NCBI GenBank assembly: GCA_977020255.1
Contig: CDROCS010005499.1
Coordinates: 1-64,000 of the forward strand
Source: Obrimoposthia wandeli
Lineage: Eukaryota
Reading direction: 5' to 3'
Length of the DNA stretch: 64,000 nt
The notes beneath the pieces were generated by a model. That model did not search any database. It saw nothing but the letters and a program-made list of their open reading frames with translations, and had not been told where the DNA came from. A program made the position numbers and the translations under genes. Positions 33,869-45,054 of the stretch are shown piece by piece. Numbering within the stretch: the first letter of the stretch is position 1; each line of letters opens with the position of its first letter.

Positions 33869-35821
33869 GTGGAAGATTCTGTAAATCAAGCAATTAACTG
33901 GTCTTGGCTTCTGAAGCAAGCAAAACATCACCGCCCAAGACTTGTCGCTGCAAATATTATCGCTCTCATAGCAACTCTGGTTAGCGTGCCAATCCCACTC
34001 CTAATGCCATTAATGGTTGATGAAGTATTACTTGATAAACCGGCTGATGGGGTCAAATTCTTAAATTTATTACTGCCAGAGTCATTTCATGACGCAACAG
34101 GGTACATCTTAATGGTGTTATTCCTCGTGGTATTGATGCGCATAGCTGGCCAAGCACTTAATATACTGCAAAGTCGACAGTTTACCCTCGTCGCAAAAGA
34201 TATAACTTATAACTTACGTGCTCACCTTCTCGATAAACTGGGGCGCATCAGTATGCGTCAATATGAAGAACGCGGCAGTGGCGGTATTACTTCACATTTG
34301 ATTACAGATGTCGAAACCATCGATAAATTTGTAGGTGACACCTTAAGCCGCTTTTTAATCGGTCTATTAACGGTAATAGGTACAGCCGTTATTTTGCTTT
34401 GGTTAAATTGGCAACTTGGTTTACTCATTCTACTTGTTAACCCTACGGTCGTTTATGCTTCTCGGTTAATGGGCAATCGTGTAAAAAACCTGAAGAAGCA
34501 AGAAAACCAAGCCTTTGAAAAATTCCAACAGCGTCTTGTTGAAACGCTTGAGGGTATATACCAGTTACGCGCATCTAATCGTGAACGTGAATTTCTAACC
34601 CAATTAAAATCGAACGCGAATGACATACGTCACAATGCAGATAAATACGCTTGGCAATCAGAAGCTGCGGGGCGCGTTTCTTTTCTACTCTTCTTATTAG
34701 GCTTTGAGCTATTCCGCGCTGCTGCAATGTTGATGGTGCTATTCAGTGATTTGTCTATTGGCCAGATGTTTGCTGTGTTTGGCTACCTATGGTTTATGTT
34801 GGGTCCCGTACAAGAGTTACTCGGTATTCAGTTTGCTTGGTACAGTGCTTCAGCCGCGATGCAACGTTTAAACAACTTATTGGTGCTAGAAGAAGAAGTG
34901 CGCCCAACACCAAAAGTGAATCCCTTCGTCGACGGTGAAACCTTGCAAATAGAAGTGAAGAACCTACATTTCGCCTACGATGAAGATAAGGAAGTATTAC
35001 GCGACCTGAATTTAGTTATCCCTGCTGGAAAAAGAGTGGCGTTAGTCGGTTCTTCAGGCGGCGGTAAATCAACGTTAATCCAATTGCTATTGGGCATATA
35101 TCAAAAAAACACTGGGGATATCTTAATTAATAACCACCCTATTGAAGATGTTGGTTATGATAACCTTCGAAACAAGATGGCGGTGGTATTACAACACCCT
35201 GTTTTATTTAATGATACGTTAAGGCAGAATTTAACCTTAGGTGCTAATTATACTGATGAACAATTGTGGGTAGCATTAGAAATAGCCCAATTAACCGATG
35301 TTACTGAGCGCCTAACCAAGGGTTTAGATACCGAAATCGGTCGTCAGGGTATTCGCTTATCAGGCGGGCAACGACAACGTCTTGCTATTGCGCGTATGGT
35401 CTTGTCTGATCCTGAATTTGTCATACTTGATGAAGCAACGTCAGCGTTAGATACCGCAACAGAAGCAGCATTACATACAGCTTTAAATGGATTTTTAGCC
35501 GACAAGACAACACTTATTGTTGCGCACCGTTTATCTGCGGTTAAGCAAGCTGATTTAATATACGTGCTTGAAGATGGACAAGTGAGCCAGACAGGTACGC
35601 ATAAAGAGCTTGTTAATGAGAAAGGCTTATACCAAACTTTATATGGTTCAGTGCAATCGCCTGATGAAAAACAACAATCAGAGCGGGTATCAGATACTAG
35701 CAATGACAGTACCAATAAAAGCGGTCAAGAAACGTACAGCTCACAAGTTACTGATCATAAAACGCTTGATGGTAATACCAGTGAAGATAACTTGGCAGTA
35801 GCCAGAGTGAACACAAAATAA
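33869..35821 (+). CDS. ABC exporter, fused permease and ATPase
   Basis: TMD plus GSSGGGKST, LSGGQRQR, LDEATSALD. Start uncertain (GTG 33869 chosen). Confidence 0.9.
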   Translation: MEDSVNQAINWSWLLKQAKHHRPRLVAANIIALIATLVSVPIPLLMPLMVDEVLLDKPADGVKFLNLLLPESFHDATGYILMVLFLVVLMRIAGQALNILQSRQFTLVAKDITYNLRAHLLDKLGRISMRQYEERGSGGITSHLITDVETIDKFVGDTLSRFLIGLLTVIGTAVILLWLNWQLGLLILLVNPTVVYASRLMGNRVKNLKKQENQAFEKFQQRLVETLEGIYQLRASNREREFLTQLKSNANDIRHNADKYAWQSEAAGRVSFLLFLLGFELFRAAAMLMVLFSDLSIGQMFAVFGYLWFMLGPVQELLGIQFAWYSASAAMQRLNNLLVLEEEVRPTPKVNPFVDGETLQIEVKNLHFAYDEDKEVLRDLNLVIPAGKRVALVGSSGGGKSTLIQLLLGIYQKNTGDILINNHPIEDVGYDNLRNKMAVVLQHPVLFNDTLRQNLTLGANYTDEQLWVALEIAQLTDVTERLTKGLDTEIGRQGIRLSGGQRQRLAIARMVLSDPEFVILDEATSALDTATEAALHTALNGFLADKTTLIVAHRLSAVKQADLIYVLEDGQVSQTGTHKELVNEKGLYQTLYGSVQSPDEKQQSERVSDTSNDSTNKSGQETYSSQVTDHKTLDGNTSEDNLAVARVNTK

Positions 35822-35922
35822 TATAGTGTTCGTTTACAATTGAATAATGGCCTTTAAATAAGGCCATTATCATATACAGTTTAAACCGATCCATTTGGTT
35901 TGATATTAAGGATGACATCAAC

Positions 35923-37185
35923 ATGTCGATGGCTCGACGTTGCCCAGGCTGCGACTTATCTATAATGCCCCATGCAGCACCTCGTGGTAAAAGTGCATAT
36001 TGCCCACGTTGTAGCACGCGCCTTTACCGTGGTGGCAAATGTCGATTCAATGGCGAACTCGCCATCGCTTTAGCTTGCCTCATCCTTTTTGTTCCAACCC
36101 ATATTTTCCCGTTAATCACGATACGCTTATTTGGGGTTATGATTCCAGCAACGCTCCCGTCTGGTACATTTAGCCTTGCTTCAGAGTTTCCTGCCGTTGC
36201 GTTTCTTATTTTATTTTGTAGTTCTATCGCGCCTTTACTCGTTAGTCTTTCAGTACTGGGCGCTCAACTAGCATTAAAATTGAAACGCTTTCGTTTATTG
36301 AAATCGTCTTTATGGATACTCACCCACCTTAAGCATTGGGCAATGTACGATGTATTCTTAGTTAGCTTGGCCATATCATGTTTCAAAGTACAAGATTATG
36401 CCGATATCTACGTAGGACCCGGTTTATATTGCTTGGTTATCTTGCAGGTATTGATGTCTTTACTTATTACTCGTATTAGCCCCAATCGTTATTGGGAATC
36501 ATGGCAGCCAGAAAGAGATCACCCTACCTTTAACGCTATTCGCCCTTTAGCAGGCGAGCTGGCTAAAAGTGATAATCAATGTCCGAACCCAATAAACACG
36601 TCGGAAGAGATTCATTGTGAAACATGCCACATGACGCAAGCTTATTCTTCACACTGCATTCGCTGTGATTCGCTCTTGCATCACCGTAAACCAATGTCAA
36701 TTCAAAGAACGTGGGCCTTTTTAATTGCGGCGACAGTTTTTATTTTTCCTGCAAACTTGTACCCTATTTCGATATTTTTGAATAACGGGAAAAGAGCAGA
36801 AGACACTATCTTTTCAGGTGTTGCTCATTTAGTGCAAACAGATATGACGGGTATAGCGATTATTATATTTGTCGCCAGTATTGTTGTGCCCGTCGCTAAA
36901 ATTTTAGGCATGGCTTACATTCTGGTTTGTATTCAATTTAAGCGCCGTCTATATCACAAGCAACGCATGCATGCTTTTCGTGTTATTCAATGGGTCGGTA
37001 AATGGTCAGTGATGGATTTATTTGTTATTTCCATCATGGTAACGCTAATCGATCGTGGACAAATTCTGGATTTCACTCCTGGGCCAGGCGCTATTGCGTT
37101 TGGGGTGGTAGTGGTATTAACAATGTTAGCAGCAGAAAACTTAGATTCTCGTCTGATATGGGACAACTATGAACAACGGACATAA
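35923..37185 (+). CDS. letA: PqiA-family inner-membrane protein (YebS/LetA-like)
   Basis: CPxC zinc-finger motifs, two PqiA domains (HWAMYDVF, GKWSVMDLF). Confidence 0.85.
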   Translation: MSMARRCPGCDLSIMPHAAPRGKSAYCPRCSTRLYRGGKCRFNGELAIALACLILFVPTHIFPLITIRLFGVMIPATLPSGTFSLASEFPAVAFLILFCSSIAPLLVSLSVLGAQLALKLKRFRLLKSSLWILTHLKHWAMYDVFLVSLAISCFKVQDYADIYVGPGLYCLVILQVLMSLLITRISPNRYWESWQPERDHPTFNAIRPLAGELAKSDNQCPNPINTSEEIHCETCHMTQAYSSHCIRCDSLLHHRKPMSIQRTWAFLIAATVFIFPANLYPISIFLNNGKRAEDTIFSGVAHLVQTDMTGIAIIIFVASIVVPVAKILGMAYILVCIQFKRRLYHKQRMHAFRVIQWVGKWSVMDLFVISIMVTLIDRGQILDFTPGPGAIAFGVVVVLTMLAAENLDSRLIWDNYEQRT

Positions 37186-39796
37186 TAATCAACAACCCGA
37201 AGCAGTAGATATACGCCGTGACCGTGGATTATCCCCTTTATGGCTACTGCCCCTACTCGCACTCGTGCTGGCGGGATGGCTCGTATTTCAAGCGGTGAAT
37301 GACGCAGGTGAACGTATTCAAATCCACTTTAACGATGCTGCTGGCTTGATTGCTGGTAGAACAACCATTCGTTATCAAGGCCTTGAAGTCGGTATTGTTC
37401 GTGATGTGAACTTATCAGAAGATCTCCAAAGTATTTATGTCGATGCAGATATATACCCAAAAGCCGTACAAACATTAAAAGAAAATACCCGTTTTTGGTT
37501 AGTCAAACCTAAAGCATCAATCACAGGTATTTCGGGGTTAGATGCTTTGGTGTCAGGTAATTACATTGCCTTGCAACCAGGGGAAGGCAAAACCACCAAT
37601 AAATTTACCGCGCTTGATACCCAACCAGCCGATACACCGTTGGGAGAAGGGTTAACCCTGCAATTGCGCTCACCTGACCTTGCCTCTGTCAGTATTGGCT
37701 CGCAAGTCTTTTATAAAAAAATCCCTGTGGGTGAAGTCTATAACTACACGTTAAGTGAGAACCGAAAGCAGGTATTAATCGATGTGACCATCAAGCCACA
37801 ATATTCTGAATTGATAACAGATAAGAGTCGATTCTGGAATGTTAGCGGTATGAGTGCCAACATTGGCTTTAACGGTGTTGATGTTCAATTTGAGAGCCTG
37901 TCGGCTATGATTGGTGGTGCAATTGCCTTTGATTCACCAGATGAAGGCGTTGCGATAGAACCCAACCACTTATTCCGCTTGTACCCAGACTTGAATACGG
38001 CAGGTCGTGGTATTGCCATTAAAGTTGAATTACCTGATGGCAACAACATCAGCACAAGTGGCGCACCTATTATCTATCGTGGGTTAGAAATAGGTAAAAT
38101 TTCGAGCCTTCGGCTTGATAAAGAAACCAATAAAATTATTGCTAACGCGGCAATCGAGCCAAGCATGAGTGACTTGCTAAATACAGGTTCACGTTTGCTA
38201 TTAGAAGAAGCGGAAGTGTCTTTAAATGGTGTTAAAAATATTGGTAACCTTATTCGCGGTAACTTCTTAACCTTAATTCCAGGTGAAGGTAAGAAAGCTC
38301 GGATGTTCAAAGCAATAACTCAAGACCAATTACAAGAACAGCAACCGGGCACTGTTAGCTTTGCATTGTATGCCAATAACAGCTATGGCATAGAACGAGG
38401 CTCTAAACTTCGTCACCGAGGTTTAGATGTAGGCCGTGTGAAGAAAGTCTCTTTCGAAGGCAATAGAGTGCGCTTCGATGTTATTATTCGCCCTCAATAC
38501 ACATCACTTGTTCGATCTAACAGTCGTTTCTTTATAGACGGTGGCATTCAAGCGAGCATCAGTGCTAAAGGTATCGACGTATCAATGCCCCCCGCCGATC
38601 AGCTGATCAGTAACGGGATTAGTTTTACCTCATCTGGCTCTAAAAGCATTCAAAACAATTACCCGCTTTACGAAAATAAGCGTCTGTCTAACCTTGCAGC
38701 TGATAACCAACGTGGATTTGCTAAATACTCGCTGTTTGCCGATGAATTGCCGCCCGTTTCAGAAGGCAGCCCTATTCTTTATCGTAACCTACAGGTTGGT
38801 GAAGTGACTGGGTATGCCTTGGTACGTGACGGTGTCACTGTTTCGTTTAAAATAGAAAATAAGTATCGTTATTTAATCACTTCAAGTACGGTTTTTTGGA
38901 ATCGTTCAGGTGTTGAAATCGAAGCTGGCTTAGATGGCGTTAAAGTTAAAGTCGACCCTATTAGCACGCTTATTAAAGGGGGGATCGCATTTGATGATAT
39001 CGTCGGAGTCACAAATAAGGCGGGCTCGAAATTCAAATTATATCCAAGTTTAAGTGACGCTCAGAATTTTGGTTTATTGGTTACCCTAACAGCACCAGAT
39101 GCACGTTCTGTCTCGAAAAATGCAGACATTCGTTATCAAGGCATTACTGTGGGCAAGGTTGTTAGTATCGAGCCTAATTTTGAACTGGCGAATGTGCAGA
39201 TAAAAGCGCGCCTATTTCCGAAATATGCCAAGACTCTGGCAAAATCAGAGAGTTACTTCTGGACAGTCACACCGAAATTAAGCCTATCAGGTGCTAAGAA
39301 CTTAGATTCACTATTAAACAGCTATATTGCAGTGCAACCCGGTAATGGCGCTTATTCCCAAACGTTTAAGTTGGGTACAGCAGAGCTGATTTCATCAGGT
39401 TTAACCTTGATTCTGGAAAGTGAAGACCGAGGTTCTGTGAGTGAAGGCACCCCACTTCTTCACCGCGATATTCAAGTCGGTCAAGTCATCGAAGTTTCTC
39501 TGGGTGATTTATCTGACCGCGTATTGATTAAAATTCAAATTGAAAAGGAATACAGCCACCTTATTCGTACTGATACCGTATTCTGGAATGCTTCAGGCGT
39601 TAATTTTACCGTCGGCTTAACGGGCGCCAAAGTACAAACAGGTACTGTTGATAGTTTACTGCGTGGTGGTATTTCTTTTGCCACACCAGAAGAACAACCT
39701 TTGTCGCCGCTTGCTAAACAAGAAGAGCATTTCTTGCTGCATAAAGAACCTGACGAAAAATGGAAAACATGGCGTACTGCTATTCCTCGTGACTAG
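37169..39796 (+). CDS. letB: Multi-MCE-domain lipid transport protein (YebT/LetB-like)
   Basis: 875 aa with repeated MCE motifs (YQGLEVG, YKKIPVG, YRGLEIG, HRGLDVG, YRNLQVG, YQGITVG, HRDIQVG). Confidence 0.88.
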   Translation: MNNGHNNQQPEAVDIRRDRGLSPLWLLPLLALVLAGWLVFQAVNDAGERIQIHFNDAAGLIAGRTTIRYQGLEVGIVRDVNLSEDLQSIYVDADIYPKAVQTLKENTRFWLVKPKASITGISGLDALVSGNYIALQPGEGKTTNKFTALDTQPADTPLGEGLTLQLRSPDLASVSIGSQVFYKKIPVGEVYNYTLSENRKQVLIDVTIKPQYSELITDKSRFWNVSGMSANIGFNGVDVQFESLSAMIGGAIAFDSPDEGVAIEPNHLFRLYPDLNTAGRGIAIKVELPDGNNISTSGAPIIYRGLEIGKISSLRLDKETNKIIANAAIEPSMSDLLNTGSRLLLEEAEVSLNGVKNIGNLIRGNFLTLIPGEGKKARMFKAITQDQLQEQQPGTVSFALYANNSYGIERGSKLRHRGLDVGRVKKVSFEGNRVRFDVIIRPQYTSLVRSNSRFFIDGGIQASISAKGIDVSMPPADQLISNGISFTSSGSKSIQNNYPLYENKRLSNLAADNQRGFAKYSLFADELPPVSEGSPILYRNLQVGEVTGYALVRDGVTVSFKIENKYRYLITSSTVFWNRSGVEIEAGLDGVKVKVDPISTLIKGGIAFDDIVGVTNKAGSKFKLYPSLSDAQNFGLLVTLTAPDARSVSKNADIRYQGITVGKVVSIEPNFELANVQIKARLFPKYAKTLAKSESYFWTVTPKLSLSGAKNLDSLLNSYIAVQPGNGAYSQTFKLGTAELISSGLTLILESEDRGSVSEGTPLLHRDIQVGQVIEVSLGDLSDRVLIKIQIEKEYSHLIRTDTVFWNASGVNFTVGLTGAKVQTGTVDSLLRGGISFATPEEQPLSPLAKQEEHFLLHKEPDEKWKTWRTAIPRD

Positions 39797-39827
39797 CACC
39801 TAACCATTTATCACAATTCTTTGATTT

Positions 39828-39855
39828 AAGGAGCGCTTTTGCGCTCCTTTTTTTT
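39828..39855 (+). terminator. Terminator after letB
   Basis: AAGGAGCGC-tttt-GCGCTCCTT followed by a T-run. Confidence 0.85.
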
Positions 39856-39936
39856 AGAATCGTGATAACAAAAAACCTCTTCAATCAAGCTTGAACGTTC
39901 GATTATTCCTAGTATTTGGTATAGAATCTCGCCCCA

Positions 39937-41391
39937 TTGCTAGTTAATCGAGATAGTCTCTTGAACCCTAAAATCTATATCCCCGACACCTTTATTGAAA
40001 TGATCCGTGAAATCATGCCTGAGCACCTAAGCATGGATGAATTTATCGCATCGTGTAGAACACCTTTACGCCGTAGTATTCGCGTGAATACATTAAAAAT
40101 CAGCGTTGAAGATTTTCTTGTTCGTGTGTCTGATAAAGATTGGACGTTAACACCGGTACCATGGTGTGACACAGGGTTTTGGATTGAACGAGAAGATGAA
40201 AAATCAGTATCGCTAGGCAATACAGCAGAACACATGGCTGGCTTGTTCTATATTCAAGAAGCTAGCTCTATGATGCCTGTCACTGCATTATTAAAAGATA
40301 ACGATGCGCTCGATTGTGTACTTGATATGGCAGCGGCTCCTGGTTCAAAAACAACGCAAATTGCTTGTGCAATGCAAAACCGTGGCGCATTAGTCGCAAA
40401 TGAATTAGCCGCAAGCCGTATTAAAGTACTTCATGCAAACTTACAACGTTGTGGCGTTTACAATGCAGCACTCACCCACTTTGACGGCTGTGTGTTTGGT
40501 GGTTGGGCACCAGAGTCATTTGATACTATTTTGCTTGATGCACCTTGTTCAGGTGAAGGCGCTATTCGTAAAGACGATGATGCAATGGCGAACTGGAGCT
40601 TAAGTTCTATTGAAGATATCGCTGCCATTCAGCGAAACCTTATTATTAGTGCCTTTCAGGCACTGAAAACAGGCGGCATGATGGTGTATTCGACGTGTAC
40701 GCTTAACCTTAGCGAAAATCAGCACGTCTGCCACTTTCTGAAAGAAACATTTGGTGATGCTGTAGAATTTGAGCCATTAGGCGATCTATTTGAAGGCGCT
40801 GAAAAATCCTTAACAAAGGAAGGTTTCTTACACGTTTATCCTCAAGTTTTCGACAGTGAAGGCTTCTTTGTTGCCCGTATTCGTAAACATGCAGCCGTTG
40901 AAACACCTAAAGTTAAAAAGCGTATGGGTAAATTCCCATTCACTATTGCTACAGACGCCGATAAAGCCATCATTGCAGAACAGCTGCAAACAACACTGAG
41001 TATTACTCTACCGGCAAAAAGTGATGTCTGGATACGAGAGAGAGAAGTATGGCTATTCCCTGCTAACCTTCGTCCACTTATCGGTGAAATTCGATTCCAA
41101 CGTATGGGTGTTAAGTTAGCAGAGCAGCACAAGAAAGGTTATCGCTGGCAACATGAAGCCGTTATGACACTTGCAACTGGGAAAGAAGACGTTGCTATCG
41201 ATTTGGCCCCAGAGCAAGCTAAAGAATGGTTCATGGGAAGGGATATTCGCCCAGAGAACCTTTTAGGTAAAGGTGAAGTTGTTGTGACTTACCGTGATTA
41301 CCCTATCGGTATCGGTAAGTGGGTGGGTAACCGAATTAAAAACGGTCTACCACGTGAATTGGTCCGTGATACCAACTTATTCGATATTTAA
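39937..41391 (+). CDS. rsmF: 16S rRNA m5C1407 methyltransferase
   Basis: LDMAAAPGSKT, DAPCSGEG, YSTCT; start (TTG) uncertain. Confidence 0.95.
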   Translation: MLVNRDSLLNPKIYIPDTFIEMIREIMPEHLSMDEFIASCRTPLRRSIRVNTLKISVEDFLVRVSDKDWTLTPVPWCDTGFWIEREDEKSVSLGNTAEHMAGLFYIQEASSMMPVTALLKDNDALDCVLDMAAAPGSKTTQIACAMQNRGALVANELAASRIKVLHANLQRCGVYNAALTHFDGCVFGGWAPESFDTILLDAPCSGEGAIRKDDDAMANWSLSSIEDIAAIQRNLIISAFQALKTGGMMVYSTCTLNLSENQHVCHFLKETFGDAVEFEPLGDLFEGAEKSLTKEGFLHVYPQVFDSEGFFVARIRKHAAVETPKVKKRMGKFPFTIATDADKAIIAEQLQTTLSITLPAKSDVWIREREVWLFPANLRPLIGEIRFQRMGVKLAEQHKKGYRWQHEAVMTLATGKEDVAIDLAPEQAKEWFMGRDIRPENLLGKGEVVVTYRDYPIGIGKWVGNRIKNGLPRELVRDTNLFDI

Positions 41392-41517
41392 TGCCATCTA
41401 GATACGCCTCAGGCCATCAACCAATCTAGAAGGCAACAAACGGGAAGTAATGTGCAGCTAATCTACATTCTCATTAGTTAAACTGGCAAATTGTAATGTG
41501 TGAGCTAACATTATTAG

Positions 41518-41608
41518 TAATCGATAATTATATATTAACCAGTTAGCGCAAGGCTCTCACGAGCCATTCCCCTAAGCCCGAGACAGGAGTCGTTTCGGGC
41601 TATTTTTT
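41518..41608 (+). ncRNA. Candidate SdsR/RyeB-like Hfq-type sRNA
   Basis: TTAGCGCAAGGCTCTCACGAGCCATTCCCCT…CCGAGACAGGAGTCGTTTCGG plus U-tract resembles the E. coli SdsR 3' part as recalled; syntenic downstream of rsmF; sigmaS-like -10 CTAACAT at 41505-41511. The 5' end is estimated. Confidence 0.7.
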
Positions 41609-41985
41609 GTCTTTTTTTCACCCTACTCATTGTTATCAACATCAGCAGTCGATCAGGTAAAGCCCTCACATTCTTAATTATCGTTTTTACACCTTTCATG
41701 AATATCCCCTTCAATTTTGTTGCAAAACGATCTGCATCGCGTTAATGGATACGGCTTAGTATTTTTTGACCAAACTTGTATTATTAAGCGTTAATCTTCA
41801 ATATTTTTCATTTCACCATCACGAAATAATGCATTAAGCAACTGATTATCAATCACATTATTAATCCCAGCTTGATGTTCTATTTTTTTGAACAAGACAC
41901 ACGAATTTTTCCACTATCTTCTGCTGCCCCTCCCTTTTATAGTTAACCCCATAGCAAACGGCTAATACCGAATAAGGAATACAAC

Positions 41986-42579
41986 ATGTCTAATGTACTC
42001 GTACTTAAATCAAGCATTCTTGGTGACTACTCGCAATCAAATGGTCTTATCGAACACCTCGTTTCTTCATGGGGGAACAGTGTCAGCTCTGTGATTGAAC
42101 GTGATTTAGTCGCAACACCGATTCCTGTATTAGATGGTGAAATTGCTGGTGGTTTGCGTGGTGGTGATACACTAAGTGCTCGTCAAGAAGAAGCCCTTGC
42201 ACTATCTGATATGCTTATCAACGAATTAAAAAACAGCGATACAATCGTTATTGCTGCGCCAATGTATAATTTCTCTGTGCCGACTCAACTTAAAAACTGG
42301 TTCGATATTATTGCACGTGCGGGGGTTACCTTCTCATATACTGAGAATGGTCCTGTAGGGCTAATTACAGGTAAGAAAGTGATTGTTGTTACAACACGTG
42401 GCGGCATGCATAAAGATGGTCCTAGCGATACAATGGTGCCATACCTTAAAACAATCCTTGGTTTCATTGGACTAACAGATGTTGAATTTGTTTACGGTGA
42501 AGCACTCGCTATGGGTGATGAGATGGCAGCTAAAGGCATTACAGACGCTAAATCTGCATTAGAGAAAATCAGTGCATAA
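41986..42579 (+). CDS. azoR: FMN-dependent NADH-azoreductase
   Basis: [41 protein letters not shown]. Confidence 0.93.
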   Translation: MSNVLVLKSSILGDYSQSNGLIEHLVSSWGNSVSSVIERDLVATPIPVLDGEIAGGLRGGDTLSARQEEALALSDMLINELKNSDTIVIAAPMYNFSVPTQLKNWFDIIARAGVTFSYTENGPVGLITGKKVIVVTTRGGMHKDGPSDTMVPYLKTILGFIGLTDVEFVYGEALAMGDEMAAKGITDAKSALEKISA

Positions 42580-42657
42580 GCATTGATACTATCATGACTA
42601 ATTTAACTGCCTGCTAATAAGCATTATACTCTTGGGGTAACTTGGGTATAGCTATTT

Positions 42658-42693
42658 GCCTTATCAAATCACATTGTTTGATAAGGCTTTTTT
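42658..42693 (+). terminator. Terminator after azoR
   Basis: GCCTTATCAAA…TTTGATAAGGC followed by a T-run. Confidence 0.8.
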
Positions 42694-42849
42694 ATTTTAT
42701 GGTGTGATATCTCAACTTTTGCTTTCTCTGCTTTTCTTCTGCAGTCAACCTACTTAATTTGTTTAAATAATAAATATCAATTTAGATGTTTATTTTAGCA
42801 AATATGAAACTGCATTGATGTAGTCAGAATATAATAAGAGAGCAATAAA

Positions 42850-43326
42850 GTGATAAAAACAAACCCCTTCATTGGAAATGATACTGCTCGTGAACAGATC
42901 TGGCATATGCTTGTCAGCCGCGATATTAAAGCATACTGCGATGCCGATTGGTCGCAGGTGGCTGATGATTTTATCGAAGAAGAATTTTATGCGGTGAACG
43001 GTAATAAGAACCCAGATCCAGGCACATGGAATTTAGCATTCTCGACTCTCGGTCATTACCGTGATGAATGGCTGAAACAAGCCGAACTTGCTCAGCGAAC
43101 AGAATATGCAGAGCCATTAGAAGCTGCTGTTCACGCGGCCACAACACTGAATCATATCAGCATAGAAAACGGCCGAGCAATTGCACGTAAACAGTTTAAA
43201 GGTACGATTAAGCGAGCTGATGGACAGTCTGATGAATTATTATGGCAAACGCTATACTACTTAAAAAACACAGACGCTGGTTGGAAAATCTGCGGGTTTA
43301 CAGGGTATCTTCCCTATACTGAATAA
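42850..43326 (+). CDS. Hypothetical NTF2/SnoaL-like protein
   Basis: Helix then strands ending in a WKIxG motif typical of NTF2-like folds. Confidence 0.55.
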   Translation: MIKTNPFIGNDTAREQIWHMLVSRDIKAYCDADWSQVADDFIEEEFYAVNGNKNPDPGTWNLAFSTLGHYRDEWLKQAELAQRTEYAEPLEAAVHAATTLNHISIENGRAIARKQFKGTIKRADGQSDELLWQTLYYLKNTDAGWKICGFTGYLPYTE

Positions 43327-43494
43327 CACTTTCTGCGCGTGTTGAACAAAAGTACGTGTTGATCAAAAAAGCCATGCTACATCCGCTTATTGTATTACTC
43401 CAGCCGTAAGTAATCGATGTTTTGCATGGCTTGTTATGAAAGCGACCTACTCTGGCACCCTATAGCCAAGTTACCTCAAGATGCTCGTTTCACA

Positions 43495-44859
43495 TTAAAA
43501 ACCGAACTGTACGTAAACAGTATTGTAATTACTGCCACCTTTGATTCTTCCAAACTGGGAAGCTGATTCAAAAATTGCTGAACGGTGGTGCAAGCTATAC
43601 CCCACCCAGACATTATCCATCGACTTCTGATTAAAGATATCGCCAAGGTTTACGTCAAAAGAAAAATCGAGGTAGTTTAATAAATTACTAGGCTCATAGC
43701 CTTTATTTTCCATTTCACTGCCTTCGATATAGGTAATCTTACTTGCATACGATAAACCTTCAGCTAAGCCGAAACGCCATTGTATCGGCCAATCAAAGGT
43801 GTAATAGGCTTTAATCGCGACAACGTATTCTTGCGATGAACTTTGTACATCAGAGTCCCAATGCCACACTACACCTGGCGTTAAATAAATGTCTAACGGC
43901 AAGCCAAACAATTCATCGGTAAGTGGATGCCCATAAAAAACAGACGTGAGCTTATTATCAAATTCGTCTTTTTCACGGTTAAGCTTAAAGATATCGCCGA
44001 TATTAGACGGCGTTGCCCAACCCTGTGCTATACGCCAGTAGGATTTATTTGAGATTGATGACTTTACAGGCTTACTGTCATCACGGAAGAAGCCAAAGCC
44101 AGCATACAATTCACCTTGCCAATCAGCATCAATAGTCACAGAATCACTGACATTACTATCGAAACGTCTGGCGTATGCGCCACCCAATAAATATAAATTA
44201 GACGTAATGTGATAACGCGCAGTCGTACCAAGTTTTACATCTATACCACCACTTATAGATTCTTTATTCAGACCATAATAATACGAGTTATAATCTGACT
44301 CTTTCCATATTAATGAAGCACTTGGCTGCACTAACCAATTCCCTTCTTTATAGCGTGCTCCAACCGTAGCCACAGAATGAAATCGCATACTTGGGTCGAA
44401 CATCACATCCACTTTAGAGTAGATATTCTCATCAATATTATATTTAAACTGCAGCCCACCATCGCCACTGTCACCCCCTATTTCATTTTGGAATGATGAA
44501 GGAAGGTCAATAAAATGCATTCGAATAAGTGCATTCACTTCCCAATCATCTTCTCGATATAGATTTAACCCGCCCTCGGTGCCATGAACAAAGAATCGAT
44601 CACCTTGATAAAACATCATGGGTACGAACGTGTTAACAGTACTATCTTCCACAGCACTGCTCGTCGCATACGGAATAGACGCCACTCGAACAGCAGCAGC
44701 AATACCCCAATCTCGTTCTTCATCTCGCGTTTCACGTAGCTCTTGCAATGATACAAAGCCTGTTTTATTTGCGTCTTTTTGCTCTTCGTTAGATCCCTCA
44801 ACACCCGCGAATGCAAATACGGGTAATGACAGTACGAAACAAGCCCAGTGTTTTATCAA
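43495..44859 (-). CDS. MipA/OmpV-family outer-membrane protein (long form)
   Basis: Signal peptide, FVPMMFYQGDRFFVHG MipA motif, C-terminal VYVQFGF. Confidence 0.8.
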   Translation of the reverse strand: MIKHWACFVLSLPVFAFAGVEGSNEEQKDANKTGFVSLQELRETRDEERDWGIAAAVRVASIPYATSSAVEDSTVNTFVPMMFYQGDRFFVHGTEGGLNLYREDDWEVNALIRMHFIDLPSSFQNEIGGDSGDGGLQFKYNIDENIYSKVDVMFDPSMRFHSVATVGARYKEGNWLVQPSASLIWKESDYNSYYYGLNKESISGGIDVKLGTTARYHITSNLYLLGGAYARRFDSNVSDSVTIDADWQGELYAGFGFFRDDSKPVKSSISNKSYWRIAQGWATPSNIGDIFKLNREKDEFDNKLTSVFYGHPLTDELFGLPLDIYLTPGVVWHWDSDVQSSSQEYVVAIKAYYTFDWPIQWRFGLAEGLSYASKITYIEGSEMENKGYEPSNLLNYLDFSFDVNLGDIFNQKSMDNVWVGYSLHHRSAIFESASQFGRIKGGSNYNTVYVQFGF

Positions 44860-45054
44860 ATTTACATCCCCACAAATGCTACAAATTTACTTCTTATTTA
44901 ATGCAATGATTACTAACTCACTACTTTATTGTGTAAGTTTAACTGCTTAACCTTAAAAAAAGCGAAAAAAAAAGCCTGATCATGATCAGGCTTATATATC
45001 TCATTCATTTTTCACTACTCAGTTTCTATACGGTTGCCGAGTACTAAGCATCAA

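Noticed and set aside
35640-35821. Polar C-terminal tail on the ABC exporter
   Set aside because: Low-complexity extension without a motif; likely stop-codon drift.
43368-43432. Long imperfect hairpin AAGCCATGC…GCATGGCTT
   Set aside because: Lies between convergent genes; adequately explained as a bidirectional terminator.
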